DNA from: SAR324 cluster bacterium
GTDB taxonomy: Bacteria; SAR324; XYD2-FULL-50-16
Direction of reading: 5' to 3'
Assembly: GCA_028282885.1 (NCBI GenBank)
Contig: JANQGX010000032.1
Location: 86,439 to 150,438, forward strand
Length of the DNA: 64,000 bases
The position numbers and the translations under genes were made by a program. Under the pieces are notes generated by a model. That model saw only the letters and a list, made by a program, of their open reading frames with translations. It was not told the origin of the DNA and searched no databases. Below, piece by piece: positions 49,064 through 57,051 of this stretch (positions are counted from its first letter, which is position 1; each line of letters opens with the position of its first letter).

Positions 49064-49833
49064 AGAATAAACCTCCAGATTAAAAAGAGGACAAAGCCCA
49101 GGATTGCCAGGCCGATCACAATCTTGTCCCGGGAGGCCATGTTAATCTCTTTCAGGTGAGTCTTCTTGACCTCAACGGAAAATGCCCTCGCCTCCATGGT
49201 AATCACCTTGTCTTCAATATCGGCAATGGATGAAATGATCAGCGGTGTCAGCGTTGGTAAAAAGGCCTTGAGCCGCACCAGCAAATTACCTTCAGTCTCG
49301 ATTCCCCTGGCTCGCTGTGCCTGCATGATGGTCTTGCTCTTTTTGATGAAATCGGGGATCATCTGCAAGGTCGATAAAAACACGTATGAACCGATATGTG
49401 AAATCCCCACCTTTTGCAGCGATATCATGAAATCCTCGATATCCGTGGTCTCAAAAAAGAGCAGAATCGTTCCACCGGCAACAAGAATAATAGACGTCAG
49501 GCTCAGTGCATCGGCCAGTCCCTGCTCATAAATCTTCAGGATTCCCCACCTCCACAACACTGTTTCCGAGGGAACCAGGCAGGCCTTGATCAAAAAGATA
49601 AACAGGAACATGATGACGATGGCACTGACCAGCTTTTTCGCATAGGGAACGAACTGTCCCTCCAGAAGCGCCAGAATCAGCAGACAGGGAAACACCACAA
49701 AGTAGCCGAACCGAAAATCCCCGGCAATAAAGGCCGAAAGACAGACGAAGAAGACAACAGTTAATTTTGTCATCGGGTAAAGGCCCGATAAAACTCCCTT
49801 CCTATTCATTACCTGACACTCCTTGTTATACAA
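49060..49833 (-). CDS. ECF transporter transmembrane component (EcfT/CbiQ family)
   Basis: ~250-aa 5-6 TM protein with CbiQ-like conserved ARxxRG region (QAQRARGIETEG). Confidence 0.8.
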   Translation of the reverse strand: MYNKECQVMNRKGVLSGLYPMTKLTVVFFVCLSAFIAGDFRFGYFVVFPCLLILALLEGQFVPYAKKLVSAIVIMFLFIFLIKACLVPSETVLWRWGILKIYEQGLADALSLTSIILVAGGTILLFFETTDIEDFMISLQKVGISHIGSYVFLSTLQMIPDFIKKSKTIMQAQRARGIETEGNLLVRLKAFLPTLTPLIISSIADIEDKVITMEARAFSVEVKKTHLKEINMASRDKIVIGLAILGFVLFLIWRFIL

Positions 49834-49869
49834 CCGGGAGCAAACATCGCTCCCGGCTGATGAAGATCC

Positions 49870-50454
49870 CTAGGCTGCTTCCTCAACATATCGGGAACCC
49901 AGGTTGAACTTGATCAATGTGCTTTCCGGGATTCGTTTAATAACGAAATAGACGATGAAGGTCGCCAGCAATTTATCAACGGTCTCAACAATAATACTCT
50001 GACTGAAAACAGCTTCCCAGATTCCCTTACCGGATGCCAGGAAAAAGGAGGTGATAACGGAAGAACCGCCACCTGCCGTTCCACCGAACAGGATGACAGT
50101 CATGGGAACCGCGGTTACCTGCACAATGGCCCAGATCAGGATACTGGTTACGACAGTCATCTTGAAGGTGGTAAACCAGCCTTTTCTGGCACAAAGACCG
50201 GCCACGATACCAACAGCAATGTTAACAACCGCAAAAGGTATCAAAACGGGGTTTCCAATACCGGTAATCAGGTTGGTCACCAATCCGACCAAAGCGCCAC
50301 CGATTGGGCCTGTTAAAGCACCTGCCAGAATCGTCCCGATGACGTCCAGATAGAGCGGCAGTTTCAAAAGGGTTACAATATAGCCCCCGACCACGTTTAC
50401 GGCAATACAGATCGGAATCAGCAGTGTTGTCATCATTCCCAGTTTTTTCAGCAT
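49870..50454 (-). CDS. ECF transporter substrate-specific (S) component, substrate unknown
   Basis: 194-aa 6-TM protein; start placed at ATG 50454 with GAGGAG RBS (ORF-track TTG 50469 upstream is probably non-coding); first gene of S-T-A-A' operon. Confidence 0.6.
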   Translation of the reverse strand: MLKKLGMMTTLLIPICIAVNVVGGYIVTLLKLPLYLDVIGTILAGALTGPIGGALVGLVTNLITGIGNPVLIPFAVVNIAVGIVAGLCARKGWFTTFKMTVVTSILIWAIVQVTAVPMTVILFGGTAGGGSSVITSFFLASGKGIWEAVFSQSIIVETVDKLLATFIVYFVIKRIPESTLIKFNLGSRYVEEAA

Positions 50455-50489
50455 CTCTCTTCTCCTCAAAAAATTAACATTCGAAAAAG

Positions 50490-50509
50490 TGTCAATTCCA
50501 CAATTGACA
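50490..50509. promoter_or_regulatory. perfect palindrome TGTCAATT-ccac-AATTGACA (candidate operator) upstream of ECF operon
   Basis: 8-bp arms, 4-nt spacer, 36-55 nt upstream of S-component start; GT-N14-AC pattern compatible with GntR/FadR-type sites. Confidence 0.35.
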
Positions 50510-50698
50510 AACTCTCCTTACAAAACGCCGGAGAACGGCGTGCAACCAACGCCGAAATGAAGAACGGTTCGCATTCCCACCCCGCACCGTTTCGGCGGAC
50601 TAAAAGCAATCGAAATCATGTTCAAACCAACCTGCTTGCCATTGAGCATGATCCCGATTGCTTGAGAACTGCTACGGGCTTTGAGCGACTCCCGCCCG

Positions 50699-51694
50699 TC
50701 AGCTTCTTACAAACTTTCGATACAGGTCGACCACATCTCCAAAAACAATCTCAATAAACAACTCCTTGAACCTGCGACTATCGGCATTCATAACGACATA
50801 AGCATTTTTGGTGAAATTGAATCGGTCGACCAGGTCTACAATGGTCTGCCCCTGTGTCAAACCGGGTTCGCAACAGACCGTCAAAGCGCTTCGATAGACA
50901 TCTTCCGGTTTACTGATACCAGGATCGATGGCATAGATAATGGGCACCAGGTCGTGTATCACCGCCCCGGTTATTCGTCGGTTCGACCAATAGGACCCGG
51001 CGTAGGCCAGGGTCATGTCATACATGATCCGCCCGATCTCTCCTCCTTCCTGTCTCAGAAAAAAGAGATCGTTCATAGTGAAAAACGTGTTGTAGGTAAC
51101 ATCGAGGCCAAACATGTAAATATCAACATCAGTGCCGATACCGTACATCACTTCCACTGCTTCGGGATCGAACCAGTAGTTGAACTCGGATACCGGCGTC
51201 ATGTTGCCCCGATGAACACCACCTCCCATGGACCAGATGGTTTTAACCGTTTTCATTACCTCCGGTTCCTTCCTGATCGCCAGGGCGATATTGGTCACCG
51301 GGCCGATAGCCAGAATCTCGACTTTCCCGGGGTTCTGTCTGACCGTGTCAATGATAAAATCAACAGCATGCGTATCCGATCGGGTTGCTTCATCAAAGGA
51401 GAGGTCTACATCACCCAAGCCGTCTGATCCGTGGGTGTTGCCGGCGTCCTTTAACTCGCCTGTAGCACTCTCAAGATCCTTCAGGGAGGCAATGGAGCCC
51501 GGGTAAACCTTACAATCCGCTCTCATCAACCTGATCAGCTTCATGGCATTCACAGTCACATATTCCAAACTTTTATTGCCGGCAACGGTGGTTATGCCCT
51601 TGACCTCAAACTGTGATGAACTCAGCGCGGTGATGATGGCAAACGCGTCATCAACCCCGGGATCGGTGTCTATAATCAGTTTTCTTCTCTTCAT
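50699..51694 (-). CDS. inosine-uridine-preferring nucleoside hydrolase family protein
   Basis: N-terminal IIDTDPGVDDAFAI aspartate cluster (Ca2+ site) and overall IU-NH fold length (331 aa). Confidence 0.85.
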   Translation of the reverse strand: MKRRKLIIDTDPGVDDAFAIITALSSSQFEVKGITTVAGNKSLEYVTVNAMKLIRLMRADCKVYPGSIASLKDLESATGELKDAGNTHGSDGLGDVDLSFDEATRSDTHAVDFIIDTVRQNPGKVEILAIGPVTNIALAIRKEPEVMKTVKTIWSMGGGVHRGNMTPVSEFNYWFDPEAVEVMYGIGTDVDIYMFGLDVTYNTFFTMNDLFFLRQEGGEIGRIMYDMTLAYAGSYWSNRRITGAVIHDLVPIIYAIDPGISKPEDVYRSALTVCCEPGLTQGQTIVDLVDRFNFTKNAYVVMNADSRRFKELFIEIVFGDVVDLYRKFVRS

Positions 51695-52203
51695 AACGCC
51701 CCTGAATAGGTAGACTTGTTGTCTTATTCAAAAAATATACGGATTGTATACAGTAAATATCCAGCTCATGTCAAGGCTTTCCAATTTTCTTGTATAAGCC
51801 TTTGAAATATTGAAAAATTGCACTGAAAATCAGCAGGGAAATTCTCTAATTTGCCGGAATTTATCAGAGATCGTGCATTGAAATCACCCGAACTCCCGAT
51901 TTTGATTACAGGTAATCTTGATTCGAGTTGCCAACAGGAGTTGAAAAAAGCAGGGAGCAAACAGGGAACAGATATGAATTCAGATGGTTAAATTGAAATC
52001 GAATCACTCCCATAATTTTTGCCTACTATTGTCAATGATTGATCCGCATCTATAAACCCGGGAGAAGGAGACGCTGAAATTGACTCAACAAATACCGAGA
52101 GTCCAATTGACCTGTCATACTATCGGGACCAGATGCGATAAATCCAACCTTAACCGTAATCATAGAATCGGAGAAGAAAACCTTAGCATTTCACGGAGGG
52201 ATT

Positions 52204-53823
52204 GTGACCCTTGACATCAAGACACTGATGATCTGCAACGTCATCATCGCCTTGTTTTTCTGTATGGCTTTCTCGTTTTACATGGTGGGTCGGAAAACCC
52301 AGGCCGGATTTCGTTTATGGACCGTCGGCATCCTCTTTCACGCTCTCGGATTCCTGTTTTTGGTTATGCGCGGTACAATCCCCACCGGCCTTAGCATTTT
52401 GCTAGCCAACGGATTAATTATCCTGTCCGTTGTCTTAAGGCTGGACGCCATTTACCGGCTTGTCGGTAATAAAACCCTGGCAAAGTCCATCTACCTGGTT
52501 CCTTTGGTTGTCTGCCTGGTCTGCTTCTATTTTTATCGGTTTATCGACCACATCGGCGTCCGCAGTCTGGTTGTCAGTATCACCCTCTTTTTACTGGCTC
52601 TTGCTTTTGCCAGAAAACTGATCCAAAAGCGCTCTCCGCGAAATCGATATCTCTATTATTTTGCTGCGGGATTTATCCTGATCAGGGGATCGAGTCTGAT
52701 GATCAGGGCTCTGGACTGTTTGGTTCATCCGGAGATAAACATTTTTACAGCGGGACCGCGACATTCGACGCATTTTCTGATCGCTTTAATAGCCGAGGTC
52801 GGAATTAACATCATTTTTCTAATGATGAATATGCAACAGGCGGAAGAGGAGTTGTACCGGGTACACGTCAAGATGGCGGAGAACCATGACGAATTGAGAC
52901 GCCTTTCCATGACCGATACCCTTACAGGGCTTTTGAATCGAAGGGCCGCGATGCCGATCATCAACAGGGAGATGGAAAGAACCAACCGTTTTGGTCAACC
53001 GGTGAGTCTGATCATCCTGGATATCGATCATTTCAAAAAGGTGAACGATACCTGTGGACACGATGTAGGGGACAAGGTTTTGGTCGGCTTTTCCGATCTT
53101 GTCAGGGAGAATTGCCGGAAAATCGATTCCGTGTCCCGCTGGGGTGGAGAAGAGTTTGTCATCATCGCCAGTCACACCAATGCTGACAATGCCGCGATCC
53201 AGGCGGAGAAAATTCGTCGGACGATAATGAACCGCCGGTTTGACAAGATTGGCACCGTCACTATCAGTGCCGGGATCTCGACTTACCACCCACGCGAGTC
53301 ATTTGAAGAGTGGTTCAAACGGGCAGACGAGGCCCTGTACATGGCCAAGGAAAACGGTCGTAATCGAGTGGATATCCATCCCCTGGATCGGGTAACAGAG
53401 AAGTCAATGGATACCATTCAACAGGTTTTCAGTATCAACTGGCAAGAGGAGTTCAGTTCAGGGAACGACCTGATTGACGCCCAGCACAGGGGCCTGATTA
53501 AACAGTCGAACCTGATCATTGATGCGATCATGAACAATAGTGAGACCGCGATTCTCAAAAGCGAGCTTGATAAACTCCTGAGTCTGACCTTAAGGCATTT
53601 CCAGGATGAGGAAAAGATCCTGCGTGATCATCAATTTTCGCTACTGGACAGTCATGCGGAGGAGCATCGAAGATTTACGGAAGAACTGCAACAAAACATC
53701 CGCCGCTTTTCTGAAGATGACTTGGATGCGTATCACCTTCTGAGATTTGTCTGCCACGATCTCGTGATCGGCCATATGATTAACAAGGACAAATCCTACC
53801 ACTATTGTCTGAACATGAATTGA
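52204..53823 (+). CDS. membrane diguanylate cyclase (GGDEF) with C-terminal hemerythrin-like domain
   Basis: N-terminal ~200 aa multi-TM; GGDEF domain with active site RWGGEEFVII; C-terminal ~130 aa with hemerythrin H/E ligand pattern (HR...H...HF...E...H...H). Confidence 0.8.
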   Translation: MTLDIKTLMICNVIIALFFCMAFSFYMVGRKTQAGFRLWTVGILFHALGFLFLVMRGTIPTGLSILLANGLIILSVVLRLDAIYRLVGNKTLAKSIYLVPLVVCLVCFYFYRFIDHIGVRSLVVSITLFLLALAFARKLIQKRSPRNRYLYYFAAGFILIRGSSLMIRALDCLVHPEINIFTAGPRHSTHFLIALIAEVGINIIFLMMNMQQAEEELYRVHVKMAENHDELRRLSMTDTLTGLLNRRAAMPIINREMERTNRFGQPVSLIILDIDHFKKVNDTCGHDVGDKVLVGFSDLVRENCRKIDSVSRWGGEEFVIIASHTNADNAAIQAEKIRRTIMNRRFDKIGTVTISAGISTYHPRESFEEWFKRADEALYMAKENGRNRVDIHPLDRVTEKSMDTIQQVFSINWQEEFSSGNDLIDAQHRGLIKQSNLIIDAIMNNSETAILKSELDKLLSLTLRHFQDEEKILRDHQFSLLDSHAEEHRRFTEELQQNIRRFSEDDLDAYHLLRFVCHDLVIGHMINKDKSYHYCLNMN

Positions 53824-53967
53824 TATAACGGCCCTCGCTTACACCGTTCACTTACCTGAGTCCCCTGGTTTTGCAGGATTTCTGATCAACCAAGTGCGAC
53901 AGAAACCCGAAGTTAATTACATTTCATCGATATCTGTCGACAACGTTCATTTGATTCCTGACAGGTC

Positions 53968-55164
53968 TCAATCCAGAAGATCCAGATTGAGCCTGGCTAT
54001 CATGATGTCGGAGGGTTCAAGCATGCCGTCAAGCCAGATAAAATCCCTATCGATGTCATTAGTGTAATAACACACTGTCAGCTCATTTCCTCTGACCACG
54101 ACGCCGGCATAGGCTGTATCACCGGCGCTGGGAAAATCCGTCAGACGTTCCAGTCCTTTTTCCCTGACCCGGAAAAGGGAGGTTCTTTTGGAAGTAAAAC
54201 AGCTACCCTGGCGGCTTATCAGGCCAGTGGTTCTGGGCTGATATCGTCCGACCGCGTAGATTTTCTCTTTATAGGAAAAAAGACAGGGACCGTCCAGGCG
54301 GGTCAGGTAACACTTGGTGGATGCCTGCCAGGCAGTATAGGGAGGAGAGGCCACGGAAACCTGGGTGCAACCCCGGATGTCTCCGGTCAGCATTTCGCTG
54401 TATTCCAATCGGGCAGTGGCTATCAGACTGCCATCCTCCATGAACTCGATGGCGGTTTCATCGTTTCTGCCGCCATTATGGATCTCGGAGACATACTCCC
54501 AGTTTATACCGTCTTCAGACCGAAACAGGGCCGATTTACCATGTTCCCACCAATAGGCCGGCAGATACCAGGTTTTACCATCCCGGGTTTTGGGTCTCCA
54601 GAATAACCAGCCTTCATGTTCCAGGCTTTTGAAAGATGTCCAGTTGATCGCATCTTCACTACAGGCATAAACCGTTTTATATGGCTCCGGATTCATGGCA
54701 ATATTGAGCAGGGCGTAGACAAATAACCTACCTTTGATCACAGCAAATTTGGGATCGCGAATATCCTGACCGGCTCCATCCAAGCGGGATATCTCTTCCC
54801 ACCCGGACCCGTCCTCGGATCTCCGAATCACCAGGTGACAACTACTGCTGGCCAGGTGAAAGGGTGAAGTGGCATGAATCATATAAAACGCGTCATTCCA
54901 ATAAATCATATCAGTGTTGGAATTGTGCGATCCATCCTGTACCGCCACCCAGCTTTGAAGATTCAAATCGGGATTAATCCAGGCTCTGTTTCCACGAAAG
55001 AACTGATATAGGAGCAGAATGCCGAGCACCGCAAGACCGCTGCCGGGAACATAAAGCAGAACAGAAATCATCGTTGATGGACTGTACGTGCCAAGAAACA
55101 ATAACAGCAGACCGGCAGGCAACCCGCCCCATTTCAGGCTTCTCATAAAAATCAATATGGCCAT
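53968..55164 (-). CDS. BNR/Asp-box repeat protein, sialidase-like beta-propeller, membrane-anchored
   Basis: N-terminal TM anchor; Asp-box repeats RSEDGSGW, RSEDGINW. Confidence 0.55.
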   Translation of the reverse strand: MAILIFMRSLKWGGLPAGLLLLFLGTYSPSTMISVLLYVPGSGLAVLGILLLYQFFRGNRAWINPDLNLQSWVAVQDGSHNSNTDMIYWNDAFYMIHATSPFHLASSSCHLVIRRSEDGSGWEEISRLDGAGQDIRDPKFAVIKGRLFVYALLNIAMNPEPYKTVYACSEDAINWTSFKSLEHEGWLFWRPKTRDGKTWYLPAYWWEHGKSALFRSEDGINWEYVSEIHNGGRNDETAIEFMEDGSLIATARLEYSEMLTGDIRGCTQVSVASPPYTAWQASTKCYLTRLDGPCLFSYKEKIYAVGRYQPRTTGLISRQGSCFTSKRTSLFRVREKGLERLTDFPSAGDTAYAGVVVRGNELTVCYYTNDIDRDFIWLDGMLEPSDIMIARLNLDLLD

Positions 55165-55214
55165 ATTTTACTTTTTAAATTCGAAAATCTCATGGTTTTA
55201 AAAAAATAAAAACC

Positions 55215-55226
55215 GTAAACGTTTAC
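55215..55226. promoter_or_regulatory. GTAAACGTTTAC perfect palindrome, copy 1
   Basis: 12-bp palindrome in divergent intergenic region; identical copy exactly 200 bp downstream. Confidence 0.35.
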
Positions 55227-55414
55227 GTCTTATTATCGTAACCCCTTTGAATCGTCAAGTGGTATAAATCACATATCCCAAGCATCATAACCATAGCAAC
55301 GGATAGCTTATACCCTGTATAAATTCAAATTTACGTCCTTGATACGTTTTATCTGGTAATATGGAATTACCTCTGTCGGGTTAAAAAATACAAGATATCC
55401 GGTCAAAATAAGAT

Positions 55415-55426
55415 GTAAACGTTTAC
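55415..55426. promoter_or_regulatory. GTAAACGTTTAC perfect palindrome, copy 2
   Basis: Identical to 55215..55226; partial third copy (AACGTTTACGTTT) at ~63803 inside cas4. Confidence 0.35.
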
Positions 55427-55671
55427 CCTTGAAGACAGTCCGGCAGACATGGTTCTGCCGAGCCAGTTTTCAAACCAAAACCGGTAGATCGGAGGAACCA
55501 CCATGGTGAATCACGGATCTCCCAATGTCTGCGTTCATGGGGATTTGTCGTCGAGAGTAAACATGATGCCGGAAGATAAATCGGTCCGATTACAATCTCT
55601 TCTTCGTTTTTAAAAACCGGGTCGACCTTGACAAGCCCGAACAGGGGGATCATTCTGACTGGAGTGATCTG

Positions 55672-57051
55672 TTGTTGAATATCCTATTCCCGGGATTGAT
55701 CACTGTTAAGGAAACCCGGGAGATAATGATACATAGCAGGCCGTCATTCCGGCGGCGAGGTAATCAATTGAGAAAACAGGAAACAGATATTCGTAACCAG
55801 ACAACGCTGGTGCAGGATTCATCGCGGAAGAATTCGGCAGGGGACTGTCACAGGGCGATACAAAAATCAGAAGGAGAGTCTGAAAAAAGCAAATCGATCA
55901 TCAAGGTATTGATTTTGCCCATTTATCTTCCCTCTATCCTGATGTCCATCGGAACGGGCATGATTTTACTGGTTATTCCTCTTTTAGCTGCAGAGCTGAC
56001 CGGGGAGTATGCCACAGCCAGTCTTATTTTCGCAATGTTTGGGGCGGGAACCCTGGCCTCCGATTTGCCCTCGGGAGTGCTGGTATCCCGTCTTGGTATT
56101 AAACCGGCCATGATGATGGGTATTATCTTTTCCGCTACTTCAGCGATTGTTGCAGGTCTCATTGGAACGGCATTCATCCTCGGCCTCGCCGGTTTTTTTC
56201 TGGGTGCGGGTCGGGGATTGGTTATGATTTGTCGAATGACCTATATTGCCGATGCCACCGACACCGAGAGAGGAAAAGCCATGGCCACGGTAGGCGGCAT
56301 GATGCGTGTGGGTATGCTGACAGGTCCCGTGCTCGGAGGATACCTGGCCAGATCGTTCGGTTTCGGTACAACCCTGGTCATCGCCGGTATCTTTACCGGA
56401 AGCTCTCTTCTCTTTGTTTCTTATCTCGCTGCCTCACGCAAAAGTGCAACAGCTATACACCATGGAAACCCTTTCAAGGCGATCGGTTCGATTCTGGTGC
56501 GTTACCGGCAGGTTTTTTTAACAGCAGGTTCCGCACTGATCGGATTGCAGTTATTACGCGCAGCACGGATTGTGATTGTGCCTTTTTGGGGGAACTCGAT
56601 TGGATTGGATGTTGCCCAAATCGGCTTGATCACCGGTATTTCCATGGGACTGGAACTGGCCATGTTTTACCCGGTTGGTGTCGTTATGGATCGCTATGGC
56701 AGAAAATGGACTGCTGTACCCTGTATTGCCATCCTGGGCCTCTCGTTCGCTTTAATCCCTCTCAGTTATGATTTCACAAGCCTGCTATTGGTGGTTTTGG
56801 TCGCAGGACTGGGAAACGGGCTGGGGAGTGGAATTTTCCTGACCCTGGGAGCAGATTTCTCTCCGGCAGATGACAGAAGCAGTTTTATGGGAGTCTGGCG
56901 TTTGATTGGCGATAGCGGGCACACTTCAGGGCCTTTTCTGATAGGCTTGTTGACCGGTGTTTTTACCTTGGCAATGGCATCCCTGGTGACGGCAGGCATC
57001 GGACTCTGTAGTGCAGCCATGATGCTTTTTCTGGTAAAAGAGAGTCGTTAA
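55672..57051 (+). CDS. MFS transporter
   Basis: 12-TM MFS architecture from ~aa 85 onward; first ~90 aa hydrophilic so true start may be internal (MSIGTGMILL..., ~55945). Confidence 0.75.
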   Translation: MLNILFPGLITVKETREIMIHSRPSFRRRGNQLRKQETDIRNQTTLVQDSSRKNSAGDCHRAIQKSEGESEKSKSIIKVLILPIYLPSILMSIGTGMILLVIPLLAAELTGEYATASLIFAMFGAGTLASDLPSGVLVSRLGIKPAMMMGIIFSATSAIVAGLIGTAFILGLAGFFLGAGRGLVMICRMTYIADATDTERGKAMATVGGMMRVGMLTGPVLGGYLARSFGFGTTLVIAGIFTGSSLLFVSYLAASRKSATAIHHGNPFKAIGSILVRYRQVFLTAGSALIGLQLLRAARIVIVPFWGNSIGLDVAQIGLITGISMGLELAMFYPVGVVMDRYGRKWTAVPCIAILGLSFALIPLSYDFTSLLLVVLVAGLGNGLGSGIFLTLGADFSPADDRSSFMGVWRLIGDSGHTSGPFLIGLLTGVFTLAMASLVTAGIGLCSAAMMLFLVKESR

